Origin: Amoebophrya sp. A120
Lineage: Eukaryota > Protista > Dinoflagellata
DNA: 64,000 nt
Reading direction: 5' to 3'
Assembly (NCBI GenBank): GCA_905178155.1
Contig: CAJINV010000005.1
Span: 1,700,438 to 1,764,437, forward strand
In this document: in pieces, positions 47,801 to 58,200 of the stretch
How the letters are laid out: each line of letters begins with the position of its first letter
Numbering within the stretch: position 1 is the stretch's first letter
The notes under the pieces: model-generated
Databases searched by the model: none
Told to the model about the DNA's origin: nothing
What the model saw: the letters and a program-made list of their open reading frames with translations, nothing else
Position numbers and translations under genes: made by a program

Positions 47801-48418
47801 TTTCCCGTCCATCTCCTCCGGCAGACTGGGACCAGTATTCGGGTGTTTCGGCCTCTTGTACTGCTTCTTCGGCTTCGAAAACGGATCCGGGCGACGAGAA
47901 GCGGAGAGGTTATTTTCTTTGTCAACATCCTCGTCGTCCTCCTGTTCCTTTTTCTTCTTTTCCCTGTTTTCTGCATCGCTCGCGCCGGACTTCTCCGAAG
48001 CCGCCTCGAACGTCGTGTCGCCCATGCCCTGTCCGTAGCTGGTCTTGGGTTGTCCGCCCGAAGATCCTGGCTTCACAGATTGAGACACCGCCTCCCCCTC
48101 CGGACCCATCATGCTCGCCTTCGCAGACCCGAAGGGAGCGGCGGATTGCTGCGCCCGGCTTTGCTGGCCGAGCATGGTGACCGAGCTCTGCTGTGCGCTC
48201 TGCAGGGCGTGCTGTGCGGCAGAAAGAACGTTGCCAAACGCGGAGGCCGGCGGAGCGTTGAACATGGCACCGGACGGTGGGGGTCCTTTTCCCTTCCCCT
48301 TCCCAGCCGCCATCTTGCCCTTCCCCTTCCCCTTCCCGACAGCCCCGGGCGGCGGTCCGCCTTTTCCGCCTGAACCGACCTTGGCCTTCGGCCGCACTAC
48401 AACTTTCTTTGGCGGCAT
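44873..48418 (-). CDS. Hypothetical protein of about 1180 aa, apparently intronless, with C-terminal AMSSMAPSAMKS tandem repeats
   Basis: Long uninterrupted ORF with likely start MPPKKVVV at 48418. The repeats vary mainly at third codon positions, indicating coding constraint. Confidence 0.75.
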   Translation of the reverse strand: MPPKKVVVRPKAKVGSGGKGGPPPGAVGKGKGKGKMAAGKGKGKGPPPSGAMFNAPPASAFGNVLSAAQHALQSAQQSSVTMLGQQSRAQQSAAPFGSAKASMMGPEGEAVSQSVKPGSSGGQPKTSYGQGMGDTTFEAASEKSGASDAENREKKKKEQEDDEDVDKENNLSASRRPDPFSKPKKQYKRPKHPNTGPSLPEEMDGKSRKLRLSGKDAPRQHPVFKLISDLEQLDEFFDGMDVHDKSEKGDFMRNLMKDKNVKFWRKAQMLRVGGNLNVLYNDYEKRARIRQLAKEERQQHLVEERQKELESAARSIREIARRGLDPNLFPDADHPDARLVMEHRKREREARQKVETDFEKVVKKNAEKLWFIGQNYTNVGRKAAPLDRRFNRKPGWSAELPTDFETLMTVEFEPPDDEYNGYDDPTVLSEPDSDSDASAESISGEIKSPWDSRVRHPRYLFPRDNAVRFTEPLRPTTWEHYVQWVWAKQKERILNQWDEDHGVGGPPAAGRTPFQPGMRRMPAAAGFVSAEGGAAPGEGGQGQGATSPFQLGSRATSKRQTDQLDVPGPEDVWKQAQELYVYVTEQKDDQDVTDGLHGLLAYKLDKMGKAQLALNKQITNKDLGRSYNAAMGLPAPPDPPPKPKDEEDQDETASLGLGAYAKGVVDDIKKAKEYAIPLITDPEELAIYRAQVYGEEFPEWVAEAREQRKKEAEARAEEIKRLAWEEKAIQYKGRELSEAEKKAKQSGRSPLFQKKSVVEQQQVAQGKKYTQDELHDDIFAGLLGDDLPMSGSVAPKKGSGPSDFDPSAQVGDVARRGVRIGGSEDDHKGKKSGGANKSMAMKSHAGGGAAMKSHGGAAMKSHGGAAMKSHGGAAMKSHAGGGAAMSSMAPSAMKSHAGGGGGAMKSMGPAAMKSHAGGGAAMSSMAPSAMKSHAGGGGGAAMSSMAPSAMKSNAAAMSSMAPSAMKSNAAAMSSMAPSAMKSNAAAMSSMAPSAMKSNAAAMSSMAPSAMKSNAAAMSSMAPSAMKSNAVAMSSMAPSAARGEAMSSMAPSKQGGNAMSSMAPSAMKSNAAAMSSMAPSKQGGNAMSSMAPSAMKSMGPSGGGGGAMSSMAPSAMKSMGPSGGGGGAMSSMAPSAMKSMGPSGGGGGAMSSMAPSAMKSMGPAGAAMKSMGPTGAAIQSPR
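44900..45905 (-). repeat. Coding tandem repeat (AAAMSSMAPSAMKSN / GGAAMKSH units)
   Basis: 45-60 bp units, about 20 copies, in frame within ORF 44873-48418. Confidence 0.9.
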
Positions 48419-49579
48419 TTCGTCGGGAGGTACTACTGGAGGACACGGGTAAGTAAGCAAATGATACCGACTCTTCCGGTCACTCAGATCGGTTCTGATC
48501 TTCTTCTGCGGCTTTATTTTTCCCGGATGAGAAATGAAATCACACACGCCGCTCTTCTTTAGCGTAACTAATATTACAATAAAAACGAGGACTTGGGATT
48601 CACAAACCACCACCGGAAGAAGGAAGATTCAAATGATAGGAGGGATACTCCTCTTAGTGTACAGAATGAGGATTGCTTATTTTTTTGGGGGTAGCGTTAG
48701 CGCAGTTGTCGCTAATTTTCTGACCCAGATGGGTCCCTGGTTGAAAGAATGTTTCGTAAACTTTATGTTCAACCTATGCTGGAATGTCGTATCTTTATCG
48801 TCGAACTGTATTCTACACATATTTAACTCTGGTTTCACGAAGTAAGTTCACGACCATCTGAGCACGCACGGAACCGAGCCGGCAAAGAAAGATAGTCTCT
48901 CAACCGACGAAAGGCTTTCAGTTCTTAGTACGTTCACAAACTCACAATCAACCAAATCGCACGAGAAACCGAAAATAGCTAAAGCACAGCAGACCGAGCA
49001 GACGTATAACGCTTGTGAAGACGAGGCACAACACCGATTCATATTCATATTTTGGTCCGCAACGACGTACCGAGACCGAGACAAGGCGTTATTTTGTTTT
49101 TGCACGAAGTCCAACACACGAGAACGGTGCTACGACGATCATCTAAACAAACACGCGCACTTTGGTCTACTAATTGAGGAACACTTCAAGAAGTAAGGAC
49201 ATGCACTACGTCTGTGCAGGTAGCGCTGTCATCCTTGATGTAGACGAGTACGGACGGGTAATTATCTTTCTTTTTCTTATCTTTCGCTCAAAGATACTAC
49301 CTCAATGTGAAACAACATCAAAAACGCTCAGCTTTGCTGAGAAAGAAACCGTAGTTGTGCCAGAAACAGCACGCTAAGATCTGCGCTCCTCGTCCTCGGA
49401 TTCGGAAAAAAGAAGGAAAACAAAACTCATTTAAGGTCTTAGTCCGATCGCTCCTTGCATCAAAGTCGTATTCCAAAAACGCATTCGAAATTACTGCGAT
49501 CTTCGACAAAATAAGCGAATAACCTTAATCACGCATCTCAGCAGGCATCCGACAAAGAGTGCCTGCTACGCCCTGCTCC

Positions 49580-50436
49580 TCAGCACGGGATAATCTGGTA
49601 GCTCATGGCCTTCATTTCGTGGTTTTCGCGGCCATGGACGAGCTTCTTCTTCACGCAACCCTCCTTACCTGATGAAAAATTTATAAATGATTGATGAACA
49701 TTTTTTTTTCTAAAGATTTAGATTGTTCTTGTACAATCGTCATCATCAGATTGATAGACACAGTTTGACTCGCACCATAATATGATGCCCTCTCATGGAA
49801 TTCCAAAACACAAGCTAGTCGTAGTCAGTCCCAGGAGATGATCAAGTTAAAACGTCAAATGTCGAATCATACTGCAGTCGCAGGTTCCGATTTCCTCCGA
49901 GTAGGTCGCGTACTCTGAACTATCAAATGCAAATATGTCTGGGTCTGGATGAGTGTGAAGATGCTATTTGTGCATGACGCAGAAGGTCTGGAATGCAAGT
50001 CCTAGCAACACAGGTTTTGAGCACGTTAGGCGATGCCTACATCTTCCGCATGACAAATTCTCTCTTTGGGTGACAAGAAATGAGCAACTTTTGCGGTCCA
50101 TGCATGACAGATTTTTTTCTGGTCTCCAATGCGCATCAGAAGTTTACATGTTTCCAGACCCAGACATATTTGCAATGCATATGAGCATCGCGTCATCAAG
50201 TGCGCGGACACCTTTACCTCGCAACCGCACACTTCCACCTCCGAGAACTTGGAATCCGTACTGGAAACGCAGGTGTTCACGGCGTTGTTCAGACCGTCGC
50301 CCTCGCCCACCACATTGCCGTCCACCGAGACCTTGGTGGTGACACTGTACTTCCGCTTGTTGTTCTTGAAGGTGCTCTTTTTCAAAAACGCTGACGCAAG
50401 CACGGGCAGAGCAAAAAGCTGCAAAAAACGACGCAT
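49580..50436 (-). CDS. Small secreted Cys-rich protein (about 135 aa, 8 Cys)
   Basis: Signal-like start MRRFLQLFALPVLASA; TIR intron 49921-50181; GT-AG intron 49669-49872; ends ...GCVKKKLVHGRENHEMKAMSYQIIPC*. Confidence 0.75.
49921..50181. mobile_element. TIR intron element, family A3
   Basis: Relative of 12089-12342; TSD tgaac/tgagc. Confidence 0.88.
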
Positions 50437-52284
50437 TTTTCTTTTTGTTAAGCCAAATGGGAATTTGGTTCTTTTGGTAATTATCGCTCGCTCGTCGCTC
50501 TGGCTCTTGCTGCTCGCCTCGCCTACCACATCAAACACGCAGCGCGAAAATTTTGTATGTTTTAGTTTTTCCTCAAGTCAATACATCATACATGAAAGAA
50601 CTGTACGCGAATGCCGCTTTTGCCTGCGTGCGGTTAGCGATCTGGAAGAAAAACTGTAGATCTACCAAGCGCAAACTCTGAATCCGAATGCTCCATCCTC
50701 GCCTTCGTGGCAACGAGATCTTAACTGTTAGAACGGAATCGCGCTTGGGATGAAAACGAATCACAGATCGATCCACGAAAAAATAGAACCACACGACCGG
50801 AGCTCCTGCTGCGATTTAAAGTAAAAAAGGCGCTACACTTTGTGCCATTTTTTTCGGAGTTCTGATCAATTTGCAGCGAACCTTTCTTTCGCTAGATTTT
50901 CTGATGTCACCGTGCAAAAAAAGTCAGGGTTCATTTTGTCAAAGCGATTGTTGCATGCTGGTCGTTTAGGACCAGCACTCTTTGTTCCCTGCCGCTTTTT
51001 GTCTGTGAACCAACCACAGTCAAAAAGCGGCACTAAATTCATCAATTGGAAGTCGGCGTTCTTTGAGGGAGAACTGCATGAGCTCCCGAGTTTTAGATAA
51101 GTGTAGCCCATGCGCACGGTCAAAAATCATTTATATAGCATGCACTCTAAATTTTCTAAAGACCGAAGTACGGGGAGGTAGTGCAGTATGCAGTATCGAG
51201 ATCATCCACTCTGTGTATGTAGAAGTTGATGCAGCCGCACCCGCTCCATAGTCTGCGACGGCTGAGGCGTCCCGGCGTCTCGGAAGCCCAAGCTCCTGGA
51301 AACGAAGCTAAGCCGGAATATTGAAATACGCTGTAGCTGCCTAGGGATACGTGTGTAGTGACGAGGAAGGTTTTGTCTTTCTTACACTGAGACTAACCTG
51401 GGAGTGGTCCTCCAGGTGAAAGTGTGTTTCCTATAACAAAGTCGAAGCCCGCCGAAAAAAAATTCTTTTCGACTTCATATCTTTTGTTTGAAATTTCCAT
51501 CTAAACGAATGTTTATCTTTATTCAGCACCTCTTTGTGATGCTAGTCCTTCTGCTGAGAAAAAATTCTCAGCCTGAGACTCACAAATTAAAAATACATTG
51601 CGTGTTTTCCGGTTTTCACTATATCTGAATTGTGATCCTTATTAAATTTAGATTTACTAGTTTGTTAATGAGTTGCAGTCTGCTCTAACAATCTGCCTTT
51701 CTATTTGCTTGAGTTTAAGAAGTCGCTCTTCCTTCCTTCTGGGCGAGGTTCAAAAAATGTCTTCTTTGGCCCGCTGCGTCTGCACCTAAGTCGTTTTGAA
51801 TCTGCACTCGAATTGAATTCTAAATTGCAAAACTCTGGAAAAATCGAAATCAATTAAATTTCGCTGGCTACAACTGCGAGAGAGAGGTAAAATGAGCAAT
51901 CGGATCGCTCCTTCGTTTCTTTCGATGCCCGGGCACGGCACCAAAGATTCTTTCAAGCACCTATCATTTGCTCAATTTCCCTTCTCCCTGCTTTTTCTCA
52001 CTGTGAATAGTGGGGACCTGGTGCAACTCCCCTCCCACACCCAGCAATAACAGTGAATGAATACAAAGCTACGACCTGATTGAGATAAAAATAAAGAGTT
52101 ACGATCTGCCTTTGAGATAAGAAGATGGTTGCGACATTTGGATTGAGTTGTTGTGATCGTAAAATCTATTGCCTGTGACCGAGACCATATTTCGATGACC
52201 AGCGATACGAATAGAAGAAGTCGGAGCAAAATCAACTCCCTTCTTCGCCCCCGCCTCTGTTCTACATCTAAATCGTGTTCGACG

Positions 52285-55200
52285 TCACTTTAAATTTTTG
52301 TAGTGATCTTCCGGAATAAATCTCCGCTCCCGCACCTTCCGAATCACGTCCTTGGCCTTCCTCAAATCCTGCAACACCAGCGCCCGCTCGGGTTCATGAA
52401 ACGCGTCCCACTCACTGGGCATCTCGTCGACCATCGGCTTGAAGTATTCCAACAGGGGCACCTTGCAGTTCACCCAAGCCGATTGGAGTAGGGAAATGTC
52501 CTTCCCCGTAGAAACGTCCTCTTCGGCACCGAACGGCAGCCAGGCCTCGTGCGTCTCACGCAGGAACACTTCCAGCGGCCGCCACTCCCCGTCGTTGCAC
52601 TGGTAGGTACCTAAATTTTTGTTGTTCTTCCGGCAACTCGACTATACTTTTGTTTGTTGTGACAACAATGCATCGTGTGGGTTTGTACAACACTTCATCT
52701 AAAAAATCTGAAGCCAGGCAGTTCTGCATGCAGGTTTTTCTAAATCTTTCAAGAACTCTGCTCCACCTGCTCGAAGATTGGGTACTACTTTGTCGCTCCG
52801 TGCAAGTAGATGAAAAATCGTGGCCAACACATACACAACTTCCTACGTAAAAACTACCTTCAAACGCCTCTTTGGACTTGCAGTAGTGGAACGACGGAAA
52901 CCCGTTCTGGCGGTCCATCCACCCATGGAAAGCCGGGAACAAGTGATGCGTACAGCGGTGTCGCGCGTGCTCCCCGACCTGGTCGCACTTCGAGCCGCAC
53001 AGGGGGCACCGGGCACTGCAGCCCTTAATCAGCCCCCACGCGGTCTTGGACTGTTCCTGCAGTCCTTTCTGGAGCTGGTCGTCGATCCAACTGTTGGTTG
53101 TGGATTTGTCCTTGTCTTCTTCTGGCGGCACCTCCGGACACACCTGCCCGATAGATATATTTAGATCCTCCAGATTCACCACCTTGCTACCCATGTTCAG
53201 CCGCGTGTCTTGTTTCTCTTCCAGATTCTCCTGCAACTGCAACAGGTGCTGACGGAACGCGGAACAGAAGATCTGCGCGTCTCGCACCGGGAATTCCGCC
53301 GTCTCCGGGATAGTATACATTTTTGCAAAAGTATTTGTGTATCGCACTGGTAAAAGTTGAAGTTCTTGCATGACAGATTCTTCCGGAGCAAAAACTTGCT
53401 TTGGGTGGTACGTCGAACAAACAGAAACTACACAATCTCCAAGGATTATTTAATGCAGAAATACTGCCCTTGGTTGAACACGCGCGATATAATTACTTTT
53501 GCACGGGAGATAGATTCGGTCAACTACCACCTTATACGCTTTCAGCAAGTTGTCCTGCTTCCAATTTCGCGCCTCGCCGAGAAATTCTGCGTTGCCGGGG
53601 TCGTTGGCTTCTCTTTTCAAATCTTCGGGTGTGGGTTGTTGCTGCGTTGCGGTCTGCTTCACGAAGCCTTTGAGGTCCTTCAACGTGATTTTTCCCGTTT
53701 TATTCGAGGAAGTCGAACTGGTCGCTGCTCCAGTCCCAACGATTATCCCGTCGGCATTTGCTGCGGGTAACTCCTCCATCGGCGTCGACATGGACTGATC
53801 CGCGGCGACGTTCTCGGTTCCCTCTTTCTCTTCCCTTTCGCCATTGCTATCCAGCAGACTTTGCTGCGAGGATAATTCTTTGGGCTCTAGTTTGATTTCC
53901 CCCTCATCTAGTTCTTGTACAATTCCTGCATTTATTTCTACTGCACTGCCGGACGATTTTGTGGCGGCAAAATTGGGTGCCTCGATGCCGCCGGGGGTGA
54001 GACGTTTTACCGCAGTGGACCACTGGTCGCAGATAGAGAGGACAAGTTTGTACACCGTGCGGACGCGCTCGCGGAGAGAGGCAACCTGGGTTTTTTTATT
54101 TCATCATTGTCACGCGCGACTGAGTAGGTTTAATAAAAGCGTGAGTGTGTCATGGTAAAAAATTCCAGTGTGCTTGACCATCTCCCTCACATTCGGATAG
54201 AGTCTACTTCATCAATCTTCTTCAGCTTCTAGCTCACAAATTGTTGTTGATCTAGTAAAACAGCAAGAGCAAGATGCCATGGTGAAGTAGATTCAATGCT
54301 ATGATAAACCTTCGTATCCACGACGTACGCTTTCCTCCTGGCGAACATGATCAGAAACAGCTTTTCCACGTACGCGTTCACGTCCAAAACGTATTCCAGC
54401 ACTTCCTGGTAATTCCTCGCCCCGAAAGATTGCTGGTACGCCCGCTCGTAGGCCTTCGCCGGGTCCGGCATATCGGCCAACACGGACTCCCGGATCTCCG
54501 CCGAGAGGTTCAGGATTTCCTGCTGGATGTAGGTTTTGATGTATCAAAGTGAAAAAAGCCCCCACCCCATATCGGAAACGGAAGATGCGCGAATTTGTGG
54601 TGCTGTATTTGAGTACACAAATCGACTTGTATTGCTAGAAGGCCAAGAGACGAAGCTGCAGCATAAATTGCAGGCAATCTGTCATGCTGTTTCCCACTTC
54701 CAGTTGCCTCCTGTCATCCTGGAGCTGCAAGGCTTTCCCACGCTAGACAGCACTACAGTCCGCATCTTTTGGCTTTGCCTTCTAGCATCACAAAGCTGAT
54801 TTGTAACCACAAATCTGCATCACAGATTTCCGTTTTGATATGGGGAGGGGGCATTTTTCATTGTAATATGATGTTCTGGTGGTACCGGGTGGCGAAGTTC
54901 TTCGCCACCTCCACGTCGTTGCTGTTGGCCTTATGCATTGCAAAAGCATCGCACTAGTATAAATCGCAATACAAATTTCTCCAGAAGGAAAAATGGAATT
55001 TGTAGTGCTGATCTCGCTGAGAGACAAGATTCGTCATGCATGATTGCAATTAGTACGAGTACGATACTTTTGCAATGCATAGGCCTTGATAATCAGCAAA
55101 AAGTGGTCCTCGATCTGCTGTTTGTGCTCTCGCAACACGTCCATTTCCTTGGCGTTTTGCTGCTCCTCCTCCTTCAACCGTTTCTCGTACGCCGCAACAC

Positions 55201-58200
55201 GAACGAGCACGGACAGCTCGTGGATAAACCTGTTATTTGTATTTCATACGTGACGGGTGTCAGATTCATGTTTCTGCACTTCGACGCACAGGCAAAAATC
55301 AGAAACTCCTCTGCCTTTGTAGTTCCTGGCGGGCATGATCAAGAACCACAGTGAGTAGTTGTGCGCAACAACGGTTAAAAAAAAGCTCTCTGAGAGCAAA
55401 GATTGATCTTCGAGTACTGTGGCCTCTTCAGCGAGATCAAAAATGGGCTGAGGTGCTCCTTTTCTGTGACCCGGGTCACAATGTCCATCAACTGCCGAAA
55501 CCAATCGATTATCATGGATTCGTATCCAACAGAAAAGCATTGCGGGTGTAAGTAGGTGACTCTGTGATGCGCAACATGCAAGATATGATTGCGTCTGCCA
55601 TGCTGGTCGTGCGTCGTAGGGTCCATTCAAGCGCGTTTGCACGTCCTTCTATCTGCGAATGACAGTTATTTTTTCCTGTCATGCCAGACAGATTTGTTAT
55701 ACCGAAACAGTTGATACACCTACAATCTTTTTTTCTTGAATAATTCGTCCATCATTTGTTGGTTGTCCACGTTTTGCGCCCGACTCGTGCTGTCAAAGGA
55801 CATATCCTGCAAGCTATCCGCCGGATTCCCACTGGCCCCTAAGGGCGTCGACGCGGTGAAAGGGTCCATTTCGTCTGCGTACACAATGCACTCAAAGAGG
55901 GCGCGCTTGACCACCGCCCGGATTTTCGGTATGATTTGTTCCGTAAGAAACTTTGGGGTGTCCAGCGCCATTTGCAGGTTTTTCAGGTTGTATTCTGTTC
56001 GTAGAATTTATTTCAGGACACAATTATCTTTTTTATCTCATCCTTCACCTTCGCCTTGTTCCGAACTTCGCATCACAAAATTCAAACTCAGTTGTGCGAT
56101 AGTGAGTTTTCATGTAGCGTCGACAGATGAAAAACAGACTTTTTTTGTCGTGCGTACAAGAAAGAGAAAGTGTGTTCAGCACGTCCACGTTCATGTTCAA
56201 GTATTCTCCATATAAAATTCTCGTACCTGTTTTGTCCCCACTCGCTTTCTCCCCCTTGATTATCCTTTGAATCTTCGCCCGCCACCCGTCGTGAAAGTAT
56301 TTCTTTTCCCAATCCGCATCTGATTCGTCCAGTAGCGTTTGCTTCTTCCACAAATACTGCGGTCCCTGCTCCTGCAGCAGTGCAAACGGGCCGCTATCCT
56401 GTGCAAAAGCATCGCATTCGTATAAATGCATTACAAATTTTCTCAGCACGAGAAATAAAATAAAAAATTGTAATGCGGATTTACCTCAAGAAAAAGATTG
56501 GTAATCGATGATTGCAATACGAGTACGATACTTTTGCACAGGATAGCCGCCCTCGTGCATCAATTTTGACACCACATTGTTGAACTGGATGATTAGTTCA
56601 TATTGTATCGCGTTCTCGGACTTCGCAATCGAGGCCAGTCGTGACTGGAATTCCGATTCGTAACTGTTCCACTCCTGGGAGAACAAGTCCCGTGCCTTCG
56701 ACTCGGAGAGCGATGCTTGGTGCGAGCTATCCGCCAGGTACTGGTTCAGGACGGAGGTGATATCACGTGCAAAAATGGTATCGTAGCCTTGCGTTGCTTG
56801 CCGGCTAAAGAAGCTCACCTGCAATCTTGCATGACAAACCTTCGCTCCCACCTGATAATACGCATAACAAATTGATTGAACTTTTTTTCTTTACTCTTCT
56901 TGGAAGAATAGGTATTTCTTGTCGTGCAAACATTTCTTCGCCACAGTGAAGACCCGTAGAAGACGTAGTTCAACTACGATCTAAATTTCTGCAACCGGCA
57001 TACGTAAAGTGCGTCCACATTTTGTGCATCGCCTGCTCGTCGGTTTTCTTTTTCAGGGATATGGCGTTCTCAACTGTTACACTCTCAACTGTTACATGGA
57101 TTTGTCATGCATCATCTACACCCTCAAGCTGCTCTGCATGACAAATTCTGGAAGGGCCAAACAAGCTGACAATCTGTGCCAAATCTGTCATGCAAGACGC
57201 GCAATTTCCCCCCTTTCACTTTTCCCATTCTTGCATCACAAATCCATGTAACAGTTGAGAATGTAACGTTTGAGAATACCATAAAGGAGAGCTTCCACGT
57301 GTAGAGGTAATTCTCGAACACCCAGTCCATGGCATCGAAAGGAAAAATCCCCCCTCCCCATATCGAAAACGAAATTTGTGATGCTGTATTTGAGGCCACA
57401 AATCGACTTGTCATGCTAGAAGGCCAAGAGCCGCAGTCGTGGCCTCGTTAGCAGGCAATTTGTCATGCTTAACAGACTGCGCAACTAAAGCCCGGGGGGG
57501 TGCGGGGTCCGAGGGGTGCACTGAGCACTGCCCGGAACACCCGAACATGCCCCGCGACTGGCACAGGACCAGCAACACAACTATTATCGTCGATCTCAGT
57601 TTGTCGATCACAACGTAGCTGCGAAGCCGTCCATTCGCCTGGCGCCCCAAGCCCAACCCCACCTCTGAGGAAAGGCCACAACCCGAGAGGATCCGCTGCT
57701 GAGCTTAGGGCACGACGAGCTGGGAGCGCCTGATTCTGGAAAGGTAGATACTTGAAGCTAATCGCCACTGCAAAGCTGGAACTGGCTGGTGGACGCCGGA
57801 TTGCGGGGAACTGACGGATTACTACTCAGCAGGACGCCAACAAATGAGACGGGGTCGTGGAAGTCCAGCAGCACGCGAGACCCGCGGGTGTGTTGGGCGT
57901 AGCTGGAGGAAAACCACGGATGAGATCCCGACTGCGTGAAGTTGGGGCATGAGGAGCAGCAGCGGGACACTAATGAAACAGGACTAGACAGCTGGGCAGG
58001 ACTGCTTCTCGCAGAACGAGGGAGACGGTGATCGGGAATCCTGATAGACGGAAGAGCTGATGGCTATGCAGAGAAGAACCGCCGCAATTTGTCATGCTGT
58101 TTCCCACTCTCAGATGCCTCCTATCATGCTGAAGATGTAAGGCTTCCCCACGCCACCCAGCACTACAGTCCTCATCTTTTCCCGTGTAGCATGACAAAGC

